DNA from: Chitinivibrionales bacterium
GTDB lineage: Bacteria > Fibrobacterota > Chitinivibrionia > Chitinivibrionales > WJKA01
NCBI GenBank assembly: GCA_038247415.1
Contig: JBBRUX010000034.1
Coordinates: 1-44,489, forward strand
DNA: 44,489 nt
Direction of reading: 5' to 3'
The translations under genes were made by a program, and so were the position numbers. The notes below the pieces were generated by a model. That model did no database searches. It was not told where the DNA came from and worked only from the letters and a program-made list of their open reading frames with translations. Numbering within the stretch: position 1 is the stretch's first letter; every line of letters starts with the position of its first letter. Shown one piece after another: positions 1-10,146 of this stretch.

Positions 1-237
1 ACCCCTTCGGGTATTTCCAAGGGTCACAGAAAAAGACAAGAAAATTCAGGGGGGGGGGCTCCTCGGCAGGTACTCCGAAGCGTCGCCGGAATGAAGAAAG
101 AACTTAAAGCCCTTAAATGCAGAGGCTATTTTAAGATCAAGAGCCGCGCCCCAAGACAGACCCGGTCGTCCTTGCTCGATTAAGCCAACATACGATGCCA
201 GGGTGTCTTTTTTATAATAATAAATTCGACAAAAGTG

Positions 238-288
238 TTGCCAAAATTTTATGTATGCATTATATTTGTTAGTGAGTATTAACTAACA
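238..288 (+). promoter_or_regulatory. sigma70-type promoter and probable TetR operator of the efflux operon
   Basis: TTGCCA(238-243)-N17-TATATT(261-266), followed directly by the palindrome TGTTAGT-N8-ACTAACA (267-288), 12 nt upstream of the TetR ATG. Confidence 0.75.
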
Positions 289-300
289 TCGGTGGGGGCT

Positions 301-882
301 ATGCCAGAATACACAAAAAGACAACTCCAGATTATCCATGTGGCGACCGAAATAATTGCAGCACAGAGCATACAGGATCTGACCATCGCTAATCTGGCTG
401 AAAAAATAGGTATTTCGGAGCCGGGTATCTATCGCCATTTTCAGAACAAAATGGAGATACTCGAAGCAGTCCTCGGCTTTTTTGGAAGCGAAAATAAAAA
501 GTTTTTTTCAGAAGTAATTGCCTCCAACACTGGGGCTATAGAGAAGATTGGTGCAATTTTTCATCATCATTTTGAAGTATTTACACGACAACCAGCACTT
601 GCGGCAGTAATTTTTTCCGAAGGAATTTTTCAGAATGATAAACGCTTGGCAAAAAGTGTTCTCAATGTCATGGCCCAATCGCAGGAAACTTTTATAACAA
701 TACTAAACGGTTCCGATACTCTGCGTGATGATATCTCAAAGCAACATCTGGTATTAATTATCATGGGAACACTGCGTTTAATAGTAAACAAATGGCACTT
801 GAGTAAGCATGGATTCGATTTGGTGCACGAAGGAAGTATGCTATGGGAATCGCTGAGAACAGTTATCACCAAAGCAACATGA
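301..882 (+). CDS. TetR/AcrR family transcriptional regulator
   Basis: N-terminal TetR HTH (LTIANLAEKIGISEPGIYRHFQNK); first gene of the RND operon; ATG at 301 preferred over GTG at 292. Confidence 0.93.
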   Translation: MPEYTKRQLQIIHVATEIIAAQSIQDLTIANLAEKIGISEPGIYRHFQNKMEILEAVLGFFGSENKKFFSEVIASNTGAIEKIGAIFHHHFEVFTRQPALAAVIFSEGIFQNDKRLAKSVLNVMAQSQETFITILNGSDTLRDDISKQHLVLIIMGTLRLIVNKWHLSKHGFDLVHEGSMLWESLRTVITKAT

Positions 883-1034
883 CTGGTGTAACAACATTTA
901 TCAATTCCAATTTAGTGCTGCATGTTTCGAAATGGATGCACAACTGGATGATGGCCTATGCAGTCGCATTACCGTGCATGATGTTGCTATCGCCACCACT
1001 AAGAAAAGCTATCGGTAAAGTTACCGCACAGTAA
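879..1034 (+). CDS. small DUF2798-like membrane protein, possibly N-terminally truncated
   Basis: ATGA overlap with the TetR stop; WMHNWMMAYAVALPCMMLLSPPLR resembles DUF2798. Confidence 0.6.
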   Translation: MTGVTTFINSNLVLHVSKWMHNWMMAYAVALPCMMLLSPPLRKAIGKVTAQ

Positions 1035-1066
1035 AAATGGTTGAAACCTTGGGTTCAGGAGCGCGT

Positions 1067-2395
1067 ATGAAACCACATAAAATTCCCTTGTACGTACTTG
1101 TAATTGCAGCGCTTACGTTATCTGCGCATGCGCGACAATGGACACTTCAACAATGTATTGATACCGCACTTGTACATAATAAAAATTTGCAAATCAGTAG
1201 AAATAATGTTTTGCTGGGAAACCAAAAATATCAGGCTGCCATCGCCAATTTAATACCTAAAGTAACTGCTCATGCAGATTACCGCTACTACACCGACCAA
1301 CCCTACCAGTTGATGCCAATGTCTGTTTTTGGCGGACCTCCGGGCAAATTTAAAGAAGCCCAGTTTGGTGTCCCGCATAACATCAATGCTAATATGCAAA
1401 TAGCTATACCATTATATAATCCACAAACGTATGGCGCTATTCAAACGGCAGCAGTCGCATCGGAAATAACCGTCCTACAGAATAGGAAAACCGCTGAACA
1501 AGTCATTGTTGAAATAACGAACCTCTACTACAATTTACAAATACTACTGCACCAACTCGTTTTTATTGACAGTAACCTTGTGAACACGACAAAACTTTTA
1601 AAGAATATGCAATTACTTAAAGAACAGTTGATGGCAAAAGAAACCGATGTTAGCAAAGTTCTATTACAGATTGAACAGCTGACCACACAACGCGACATTG
1701 TCACAAACAAACACGAGCAGGTCTTGAATTTATTGAAATTAACGTTAGGAATATCCAGCGACCAAAGCATTCAAATTGAAGAAACAATCGGCTTCCAGAA
1801 CAGTAATGAATATGTAAATTTACCATCAGTTGATATCCGGATTGCAGAAACCCAGAAACGACTATTGACAAGTGAGCTGAGTACCTTGAAATATTCCCGC
1901 TTACCGTCTCTTTCATTATATGGGTCATATGGTACCACCGGATTCGGCTACGACAAGGAACCAAATGAGTTTCTGGACTTTTATCCTGTTGGTTTTGTCG
2001 GTTTGCAACTATCATATCCGTTTTTTAATGGAACCGTTACCCATAGAAAAATCAATGAGAAGAAGCTTGAAATCAATATTAGCGAATTGCAAATAAGTGT
2101 GCTATCCGAACAACGCGCCATGCTGATAGAAAACGCAAAACAGCATAGAATCGTAGCTTTACAATCAATAGAAACCATACAGGCTCAAACCAAACTTGCA
2201 CAAACCATTTACGATCAAACCGTTTTGCAGCAAAATCAAGGCGTTGCAAATTTAACTGATGTTCTCTTGTCTGATAATTCTCTAAGAGAAACACAGCAGG
2301 CATACATTTCGGCAGTCATTGACTATTTAACGGCAGATTTAGAGCTCAAAAAATTATCAGGAAACATTCCACAGGAAAGAATGGAAAAACAATGA
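1067..2395 (+). CDS. TolC family outer membrane efflux protein
   Basis: RBS AGGAG before ATG 1067; signal peptide; TLQQCIDTAL..N start; OEP repeats; operon context. Confidence 0.92.
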   Translation: MKPHKIPLYVLVIAALTLSAHARQWTLQQCIDTALVHNKNLQISRNNVLLGNQKYQAAIANLIPKVTAHADYRYYTDQPYQLMPMSVFGGPPGKFKEAQFGVPHNINANMQIAIPLYNPQTYGAIQTAAVASEITVLQNRKTAEQVIVEITNLYYNLQILLHQLVFIDSNLVNTTKLLKNMQLLKEQLMAKETDVSKVLLQIEQLTTQRDIVTNKHEQVLNLLKLTLGISSDQSIQIEETIGFQNSNEYVNLPSVDIRIAETQKRLLTSELSTLKYSRLPSLSLYGSYGTTGFGYDKEPNEFLDFYPVGFVGLQLSYPFFNGTVTHRKINEKKLEINISELQISVLSEQRAMLIENAKQHRIVALQSIETIQAQTKLAQTIYDQTVLQQNQGVANLTDVLLSDNSLRETQQAYISAVIDYLTADLELKKLSGNIPQERMEKQ

Positions 2396-3477
2396 ACACG
2401 ACACTCCATAAAACAAAAAGATTTATTCTGCCATTGATACTGATTCTTATAGTTGCCGTTGTCGCGATACGCCTTAAAACCAATAAAGCCAATGCGCAAA
2501 AAAAGGTGTATCACTACAATAAAGAACAAGCTCAGCTTGTGCGGGCCGATACCTTGAAGCTTGAAAATATTAACACAGAATATTCCTATTCGGGGATATT
2601 TGATCCGAACAAGGAAACCAGAGTCAGTGCCGAAGTGCAGGGAAAGATACATGCGGTGTATGTTGACGTTGGCAGCAGTGTAAATAAAAATCAGCCGATA
2701 ATCCAATTGGATAATTCCGTGCTCAATTTACAATTGCAAGCAATAGAGGTGCAAATCGAAGGTCTGGACGCCGATGTAAACCGCTACACCGTTCTTGCAA
2801 ATGCCGATGTAATTCAAGGTGTACAATTAGAAAAAGCGAGTCTGGGACTAAAAACCGCAAAAATCCAAAAAAGCACGATTCTGGAACAAATCAGTAAAAC
2901 CACCATCAAGGCACCTTTCGGGGGAATTGTTACTGCAAAATTAAGTGAAGAAGGGGCATTCGCTGCACCAGGCGTTCCCTTAGTTCAAATTACCGATATC
3001 ACCATGTTGAAATTTATCATAAACGTTCCCGAGGGCGATTTGAATGTATTCACCATCAAACAGATCTATCGTGTAACTGCCGATGTTTATCCCGACACGG
3101 CTCTTAATGGTACCTGTTCGATGATCGGTAGCAAAGGAAATGCAGCAAATAGTTTCCCCGTACAATTTACTGTAAAAAACACCGTAGGCTTGGATGTCAA
3201 GTCCGGAATGTTCGGGAAGGTGATGTTAAAAAAAGGAGAGTCCGAAAAACGTATTGTCATTTTGGCATCTTCACTTGTTGGCACAACGCAAAATCCGCAA
3301 GTATATCTGATTAAAAACAAACGTGCAGAGCTCCACTCCATTACGGTATTAAAGCGAATTGCCGACAAGGCCATTGTTTCCAGTGGATTAAATCAAGGAG
3401 ATATACTGGTAAACAGCGGATTTATCAACCTCTACGATGGTGCAAACGTAGTGGTCAGTGAAAAGGGAATACAATGA
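2392..3477 (+). CDS. RND efflux periplasmic adaptor (membrane fusion protein)
   Basis: N-terminal anchor; VSAEVQGKI..V.V..G and IKAPFGGIV lipoyl-like halves; KSGMFG; ATGA overlaps at both ends. Confidence 0.93.
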   Translation: MNTTLHKTKRFILPLILILIVAVVAIRLKTNKANAQKKVYHYNKEQAQLVRADTLKLENINTEYSYSGIFDPNKETRVSAEVQGKIHAVYVDVGSSVNKNQPIIQLDNSVLNLQLQAIEVQIEGLDADVNRYTVLANADVIQGVQLEKASLGLKTAKIQKSTILEQISKTTIKAPFGGIVTAKLSEEGAFAAPGVPLVQITDITMLKFIINVPEGDLNVFTIKQIYRVTADVYPDTALNGTCSMIGSKGNAANSFPVQFTVKNTVGLDVKSGMFGKVMLKKGESEKRIVILASSLVGTTQNPQVYLIKNKRAELHSITVLKRIADKAIVSSGLNQGDILVNSGFINLYDGANVVVSEKGIQ

Positions 3478-6400
3478 ATATTACCGAAATATCAATTAAC
3501 AGGCCGTCACTTATAATCGTTCTTTTCAGTGTATTCATATTGTTGGGATACATTGGATATAAAAACTTGAGTTACGAACTGATGCCGGATTTTAATCAGC
3601 CGGTAGTCGTTATAAAAACTATGTATCCCGGCGCCGAACCCGGAGAAGTCGAAACATCTGTTTCGCGCAAAATTGAAGATGCTCTTTCTAACATGGAAGG
3701 AGTGGATTACCTTGTAACAAAATCATTACCCAGCGCATCAGTGATCATTGCAAACCTTAAATATGGAACCAATTTAGATAAAGCAATGCAGGATGCTCAG
3801 CGATATATAGACAATATCCGCAAAGATTTGCCGCCGGCAATTTTAAGCCCTGTTATGAGTAAAGTATCACCCAACGATCTGCCGATTATGTCTATCAGCG
3901 CAACAAGTAATTTGCCGGAAACAGAATTTTTGCAGAGAATGAAAGATGAGTATTTGCCGCAACTGCAGCAATTAAAAGGTGTGGCGGAAATAACAGTATT
4001 GGGTGGTAAAGAAAGAGAAATACAGGTTAAAGCCAACCAGGATAAACTAAAGCTATATAAACTTTCTATATATCAACTTGTTGAAGCCATCAACCGCTCC
4101 GGGTTAGATTTGCCTGTTGGCAAAGTTCAAAATGCTACCGAAAACAATGCGGTACGGTTAACCGCCAAATATACGACAATCGAGAATATAAAAAATGTCC
4201 AGGTTGCTATGCCGGTACCCGGTAGCCCCGTTTATGTTAAAGATATTGCAACCGTAACTGATGGTGTTAAAGAGATCACGTCGATAAGTCGTTATAATGG
4301 AAAAGAAGGAATCGGATTACTCCTGAAAAAACAAGGCGATGCAAATGCGGTAAGCGTTTCGCGGCTTGTTCGGGATAAAATTAAAGCAATCGAACGAAAA
4401 GACGCCGGTGCTGGTGTAAAATTTATCATTGCAGATGACAACACCGAAAACACTATAGCGGCGGTTGAGTCTGTAGTGTTTGATTTGATCTGGGCCGTGA
4501 TACTGGTTTCTTTGGTAATGATGTTGTTTTTGCGGAGTATCAGGAATTCATTGATTGTATTGGTGGCTATTCCAACTTCCTTGATAACGGCATTTGGTGT
4601 CATGTGGATATTGGGGTATACCCTTAACCTTATGACATTACTGGCAATGTCGTTGATTATAGGTATTTTGGTAGACGATGCCACCGTTGTTTTAGAAAAT
4701 ATACAGCGTCATCTGGACAAAGGAAAAAATAAACGAACAGCGGCATTGGACGGCCGGATGGAAATCGGATACTCCGCAATGTCAATTACGTTGGTGGATG
4801 TGGTTGTTTTCCTGCCGATTTTATTTTTGCAGGTTTTTATAGCTGATTTACTCAAACAGTTTTCCGTCGTTATAATTACCGCGACGTTGACCAGCTTACT
4901 CGTCGGCTTTACTCTAACGCCTTGGCTGGCATCACGGATCGGCACTTCAAAAGAGTTACAACCTACAAATTTCTTTAATCGTTTTCTTCTGTGGTTTGAG
5001 CATCAATTAGAAACCTTTATAACCTGGTATGAAAAACAATTAAAATGGGTTCTCGACCATAAATTGATTTTTACCGGCATAGTACTGTTCTTATTTGTTT
5101 TAACCGCCTTCATGATGAAACAAGGCATTATTGGGTCGGAGATGATGGCAACCGGTGACCAGGGGAAATTTCGATTAAAAATTGAGTTTGATAAATCAAC
5201 ATCCATTCAACAGAACAATGTGGTGTCGCAAAATATAGAATATTATATACAGCAACAAGCAGTGGTGGCCTCTGTTTTCAGCAATATCGGCGGCCCCGGG
5301 ACAGGCATAGGGAGTTTGGGGGTTGGCGCTGCAAACAAAACAGAATTTACCATTCAGTTAAAACCTGCAAAAGAACGCAATAAAAAACCCACCGAAAAAT
5401 TCATGATCGCGCTGAGGGATTCCCTGTATCATAAATATCCAGGTATTAATTACTCAATTGCTGCGCTCGGCTTAATTCCTAAATCGGCACCTATTGAGAT
5501 AACTTTAAGCGGAAGTCAGTTAGATTTGGTAATGAAATCAGGCCGGGATTTAATATCGGCACTTGAAAATATACCGGGTATCGACAATGCCCGTCTTTCC
5601 GTGGAAGAGGGTAGCCCTGAATATAAAGTAATACCCGATAAAGACAAAATGCAGCGCTTGGGTTTGACAACCGCGTATGTGGGCTTGAATCTCCGTACAG
5701 CCTTTGCAGGAAATGACGATGCAACATTAACCGAGCGGGAAACAGAATATCCCATAAGAATATGGATGGATGATTTTAACAGGAAAAACTTTGAGGACGT
5801 TAAAACATTGTGCATTGTTAACCCTTCCGGATTTCCAGTCTATGTTTCTCAGTTTGCGGAAGTTGTTCAGGACAATTCACCGTCTTTACTGGAAAGAAAA
5901 GACCGGCAACCGTCGGTAACTCTCACAGCAGACGCTCTTGGCAGACCTTCGGGCTCTGTAGCAAGCGATGTCGTAAAATATGTTAAGAAGCACCCGTTAC
6001 CTGCTGGAATCCAAATGGCATGGGGCAGCGACAAAAAAAACCAGAACCAAAGCTTTGGGGCATTAGGGTTTGCGTTAATGATTTCGTTTTTATTGATCTA
6101 CCTTGTTCTGGTTGCACTATACAATAATTTCATTTACCCGTTTGTGGTACTGTTTTCTATACCGGTTGCAGCAATCGGAGCATTTTTAGCATTGAATTTA
6201 TCCTTCAACAATATAAGTTTGTTTGCGTTACTCGGCATGATCATGTTAATGGGTTTAGTGGCTAAAAATGCTATTCTGATCGTGGATTTTACCAACCAGC
6301 TCAAATCGCAGGGCATGCATTTTAGGGAGGCCCTGATAACAGCAGGTAAGGAACGCATGCGCCCTATTTTAATGACCACCTTCGCCATGGTTTTCGGCAT

Positions 6401-6578
6401 GCTCCCGATAGCATTGGCAAAGGGGACTGCCAGCGAATGGAAAAACGGGCTGGCATGGGTTATTATCGGCGGACTGCTTTCATCCCTTGTCTTGACGGTA
6501 TATTTAGTGCCTATGGTTTACTATGTAGTGGATAGTATTAAAGAAAAGTATAACAAAAAGTCCGGTAACTTGTCATAA
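3474..6578 (+). CDS. RND efflux permease (AcrB/AcrD/AcrF family)
   Basis: 1034 aa; GILVDDA, AKNAILIVDF and RPILMT proton-relay motifs intact. Confidence 0.96.
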   Translation: MNITEISINRPSLIIVLFSVFILLGYIGYKNLSYELMPDFNQPVVVIKTMYPGAEPGEVETSVSRKIEDALSNMEGVDYLVTKSLPSASVIIANLKYGTNLDKAMQDAQRYIDNIRKDLPPAILSPVMSKVSPNDLPIMSISATSNLPETEFLQRMKDEYLPQLQQLKGVAEITVLGGKEREIQVKANQDKLKLYKLSIYQLVEAINRSGLDLPVGKVQNATENNAVRLTAKYTTIENIKNVQVAMPVPGSPVYVKDIATVTDGVKEITSISRYNGKEGIGLLLKKQGDANAVSVSRLVRDKIKAIERKDAGAGVKFIIADDNTENTIAAVESVVFDLIWAVILVSLVMMLFLRSIRNSLIVLVAIPTSLITAFGVMWILGYTLNLMTLLAMSLIIGILVDDATVVLENIQRHLDKGKNKRTAALDGRMEIGYSAMSITLVDVVVFLPILFLQVFIADLLKQFSVVIITATLTSLLVGFTLTPWLASRIGTSKELQPTNFFNRFLLWFEHQLETFITWYEKQLKWVLDHKLIFTGIVLFLFVLTAFMMKQGIIGSEMMATGDQGKFRLKIEFDKSTSIQQNNVVSQNIEYYIQQQAVVASVFSNIGGPGTGIGSLGVGAANKTEFTIQLKPAKERNKKPTEKFMIALRDSLYHKYPGINYSIAALGLIPKSAPIEITLSGSQLDLVMKSGRDLISALENIPGIDNARLSVEEGSPEYKVIPDKDKMQRLGLTTAYVGLNLRTAFAGNDDATLTERETEYPIRIWMDDFNRKNFEDVKTLCIVNPSGFPVYVSQFAEVVQDNSPSLLERKDRQPSVTLTADALGRPSGSVASDVVKYVKKHPLPAGIQMAWGSDKKNQNQSFGALGFALMISFLLIYLVLVALYNNFIYPFVVLFSIPVAAIGAFLALNLSFNNISLFALLGMIMLMGLVAKNAILIVDFTNQLKSQGMHFREALITAGKERMRPILMTTFAMVFGMLPIALAKGTASEWKNGLAWVIIGGLLSSLVLTVYLVPMVYYVVDSIKEKYNKKSGNLS

Positions 6579-6609
6579 CAAGATTTAAATTAACAAAAAG
6601 GCAACAGCG

Positions 6610-7053
6610 ATGAAATATTTTTACTATCCTTTAATTGCAATAGCATTACTTGTCCCGATTACGCTTGCTGCGGATGGAACAGGTTTTTCTATTACAGTGA
6701 AAGTACAGGGGCTTCGTAACTCTCAAGGAACAGTACTGTTTTCGTTATACAACAGGGAAGATGCATTTCCAGATGAAAAGTATAAAAAACAGCTTAAACA
6801 AATTACAGGAACTATTGTTGATAGTGCGTCGACCACAACTTTTAAAAACCTGCCAGCAGGGAAATATGCAGTTAATATTCTGCATGATGAAAACAATGAC
6901 GGGAAAATTAAAAAAGGAAGAATCTTGCCAATAGAAGGGATAGGTTTCAGCAATTACCACTCCATTGGATTGTTCAATAGACCTACATTTGAAAAAGCAT
7001 CTATTGATTTACAAAAAGATATGACCATCTCCGTTATTATATTGTATCTGTAA
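6610..7053 (+). CDS. DUF2141 domain-containing secreted protein
   Basis: Signal peptide; F..LPAGKYAV..LHDENNDG and P.EG.GFSN motifs. Confidence 0.88.
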   Translation: MKYFYYPLIAIALLVPITLAADGTGFSITVKVQGLRNSQGTVLFSLYNREDAFPDEKYKKQLKQITGTIVDSASTTTFKNLPAGKYAVNILHDENNDGKIKKGRILPIEGIGFSNYHSIGLFNRPTFEKASIDLQKDMTISVIILYL

Positions 7054-7419
7054 GCGTTTTAAAATGCGCATTTCAGACTCGAATCTCTTTATTTTCAGAT
7101 ATTTTCAATTAATCCGGTAACTGATTGCTCTTCAAAAACGATACCAATTTTGCCTATAATAATGTACATCTGCATGATATCAAGAAAGATCACGTATTAA
7201 AAATTATCAGCTTGTAATTTATTAAACCGTACTGATTTTACCGCAGAATATCCGCGTCTTCATGGCTCCGACGGCAAAACAGAAGAAGAAGGCACCCCCC
7301 CCCAAAAAAAAAGAAGAAAACGAAAATTAAAGAAGATGCGCCGCCAGAAAAACAAAAGAGAAATAACCAGAGAAGCGCGCGCGAAAAGTTGACATATGGT
7401 ATCGTGCCTGGTTTGCATT

Positions 7420-7531
7420 CGCACACAACGTAAGGGATGCAATGGCTGGTTTGACGCTTTCGTTGGTGCCCACTCGCAAAGCCTCGGGCACCGTCATGTC
7501 GGCAATCAGCCCGCAGCACACGTTGGGCGCG
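7420..7531. repeat. attC-like imperfect palindromic element
   Basis: Ends CGCACACAACG and CGTTGGGCGCG are 9/11 complementary around AAC...GTT; inner arms GGCTGGTT/AATCAGCC and GGTGCCC/GGGCACC; 23-nt core recurs inverted at 43585-43607. Confidence 0.5.
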
Positions 7532-7574
7532 GTCAGGTGCACGAGCGCTGTTTCTGGCGGCTGGTTGCGTGCTC

Positions 7575-7603
7575 TTGACTAATTTTTGCAAAAGTGATAT
7601 TCT
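7575..7603 (+). promoter_or_regulatory. putative sigma70 promoter
   Basis: TTGACT-N17-TATTCT upstream of RBS AAGGAG and ATG 7655. Confidence 0.55.
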
Positions 7604-7654
7604 AAAATCTCGGGACCAAATGTGGGATTGCACTCAATTTTTAAGGAGTCTTTT

Positions 7655-8410
7655 ATGAGAATAATTCGCAAGGTAGTGCTCATGGGATGCGCAAGTGCGT
7701 GTTTGATTGGATCTGCTCTGGCTCAAGATGGGCTATATGGATCGTTTATTGTGGGTCAAAAGCTTCTCAATACCGAAGGCCTCAATAAGGCAATTAAAGA
7801 TGCTGGAGTGACCATAGCAGATTTCCCTTCCAATTATTGGTCGTTTGGTGGAGAAGGGCACGTGATCATTGCTGATCATTTTGTTCTTGGTGGTAAAGGA
7901 ACTGCGATTTGGTGGGAACTTGAAATGGAAAATAATCCGAGTAATCCTGCTGATACACTGAGAAAATTGGCTAAAGTATCGGGAGGAATGGGAATCGGAA
8001 GTGTTGGGTATGCCATTGGCAATAAAACGTTAAGATTAATTCCTCAAGTAGGTGTTGGCGTTGCCCCCTTTGTGTTTCAGACAAAATCTGCCTTTGCGAA
8101 TGATACTCAAAAAACATTTGAGAATATCATAAAAAACGGCGATAATATGGTCGTGCTTGCAAAGGGTGGACTTGTGCTTGATGCCTGTTTAGCTCTCGAC
8201 TGGTATATGCCCATTATCAAAATGGTAAGCATTATTCCAGGGTTAGAAACTGGTCTTTTAATTCATGCTGAACTTGGCTATACTTATTCGCCGGCTAATA
8301 TTTACTGGATGCGTGACACCGATCAATTGAATTCATATTATCCCGACATGAAATTTGATGGTATGTATATTCAAGCGGGTGTTGGAATAGGACTTTCTTC
8401 TGCTAAATAA
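7655..8410 (+). CDS. hypothetical exported protein, probable outer-membrane beta-barrel
   Basis: RBS AAGGAG; signal peptide (..GSALA-Q); Gly/aromatic-rich alternating beta strands, ending GMYIQAGVGIG. Confidence 0.7.
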   Translation: MRIIRKVVLMGCASACLIGSALAQDGLYGSFIVGQKLLNTEGLNKAIKDAGVTIADFPSNYWSFGGEGHVIIADHFVLGGKGTAIWWELEMENNPSNPADTLRKLAKVSGGMGIGSVGYAIGNKTLRLIPQVGVGVAPFVFQTKSAFANDTQKTFENIIKNGDNMVVLAKGGLVLDACLALDWYMPIIKMVSIIPGLETGLLIHAELGYTYSPANIYWMRDTDQLNSYYPDMKFDGMYIQAGVGIGLSSAK

Positions 8411-8432
8411 GCGCGTTTAAATAGTAGTGCAT

Positions 8433-8465
8433 AAAAAAGGCGCCATGTTGCATGGCGCCTTTTTT
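8433..8465. terminator. bidirectional intrinsic terminator
   Basis: AAAAAAGGCGCCATG-TTG-CATGGCGCCTTTTTT. Confidence 0.9.
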
Positions 8466-8682
8466 ATATCTTTGTGCACGGGCGTACACGGATCAAGCAT
8501 GTATTCGATCGTGTTGATATTTTCTTTCCGGTCCCATCCTCAAGCCTGATGGAATCGGGTATAACCCAATCAAACTTTCCCCGTGACCCTTTTAATTGCT
8601 CCATGCTCAACCCATAATTCTCTGTAATATTTGTAAAGTTCTTGCCATTGTCGGTTGATAGATCGATATAAATTTGCCTCAT
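8464..8682 (-). pseudogene. fragment of an Ig-like secreted-protein domain paralogous to 18510..19175
   Basis: IDLSTDNGKNF...FDWVIPDSI...STRSNTCLIRV aligns by eye with MSFSNNNGKDW...YNWIIPDSM...STLGDACMIKI; no signal peptide. Confidence 0.55.
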
Positions 8683-8781
8683 TTGAATCGTATCATTTTC
8701 CCATGAAAAGAAAACGGTATAACCAATTGAAAATATATTGACTTGGAGGCATAATGTTTCTTTTTTTAAAAAGTTGATAAA

Positions 8782-9721
8782 TCACCTGTTGCGTAAAGTT
8801 ACGATTCTGCCTTCGGATACCTGCGTTCCTGCGACAACTTTGTGAACTGAGCCCGTGACTCCGTTTTTGTAGATATGTATACATTGGTTACGTTTGGAAA
8901 CAGAGGTGCCGGGCATTTGTATGAGTCGGCCGTTTATTGAATAGTACTGTCGCTTTTCGAGGGTTGCCGCAATGCGTGTATCCTTGAGGTTTGGTATTAC
9001 CGACACGGCGCTTGGGAGCCGAATCTCAATGGTGGTGCCCGAGTTCATAAGATTGCATGAAACTGTATTTTATTCACCATTCAGGGTTGCGGTCACCGCA
9101 TAATCCCCCATAAACCCCCGAACTTTATACGATCCACCGTTGGCCGAAATACCGCTCGCATTTGTCCACCAGTCTTTGGTGACAAGATCGATCCAAGCTT
9201 GTCCGTTTGGTTTGATTTCCCAGCTGCTGTCGAAGAGCGCGGTCATGAAATCCTTGAGGTAGGCAGCTTGATAGGCGCGATCGATGCTCTTGATGTCAAA
9301 TTCGGTTGACTCAATAGAGAGGTTAAACCTTCCGAACCGATCAAGAACTGTCCATAATTTCTCGGCCCCGGTGGGTGTTTCGCCAAAGTGGCTTTGCATG
9401 CCAATTCCGCCAAGGGGAGCTTTATGTGCAATAAGGAATTGAATCGTGCTATCGTAATTATTCTGATGCGCCGGATCGTTACCAACGCCCGAGAGAATTG
9501 AGTAGTTGTTAATAAAAAGTTTCGGCCCTAAATCTGCCTGATGCGCGAGTTGAAACCAGCGAACCATTTCTTCTCGTCCTAGAATGTCCATGAGATCGTG
9601 ATTTGCGTAAGCTTCGTTGACTCATGTTTTCCCACGGAGACCACTTGAGTTCATTCTCTATCACGACGCGGTTGAAGAGTTTTTTGATCCACGAGACATA
9701 GGTTCTATTATCGCTTGTATC
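8782..9721 (-). pseudogene. GH10 endo-1,4-beta-xylanase remnant with C-terminal tail
   Basis: FNRVVIENELKW (about 9640-9680), frameshifted join to VNEAY (acid/base) at 9621, then KLFINNY, GIGMQSHF and STEFD (nucleophile); in-frame TAA at 9070-9072, then a tail with YYSINGR. Confidence 0.85.
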
Positions 9722-9913
9722 ATTATAATAACATAGGTGATTTTTTAGACGATGGCTACCGGTTTATGATGTCCTGAGAAATGGGGAACCGATCATCTCT
9801 GTGCAAGAAATGGAATAGCCAGTATTTTCGGTATACTCAATAGTAGTTTTGCTGCCAAGAAGTAACTGTTTTTATTGTAGCAGGTGCTTAGATCTATACC
9901 CTTGACCAGAGTC

Positions 9914-10146
9914 ATGCACCGTAGAGCCCTTCGGTACCTTAGAGAATGGAAGAACCGGTCCACCCGCAAGCCTCTGGTTATTCGGGGGGCACGCCAGGTT
10001 GGAAAATCGTACCTTGTACGTCAATTCGCTCAACAGGAATACAAACACCTCCTCTACCGCCAGGAACTTTACCGTGAATCGGAACTGCACTACTGGGTGC
10101 GGGAGGCGTCTACATCCGGCGCAGAGGTTGACTTTGTAATATCGCA
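9914..10146 (+). pseudogene. AAA_14/DUF4143 ATP-binding protein remnant
   Basis: RKPLVIRGARQVGKS (Walker A) joined almost directly to the C-terminal LHYWVRE..S.AEVDFVI motif. Confidence 0.8.

Noticed and set aside
49..58. G10 tract (and C9A9 at 7295-7312) as phase-variation switches
   Set aside because: Neither lies within a CDS or between the -35 and -10 of a recognisable promoter
7238..7633. ORFs of 60-131 aa across the low-complexity/attC-like spacer
   Set aside because: Translations are homopolymer-driven (FFFFFGGG), lack an RBS and overlap a palindromic element; likely non-coding
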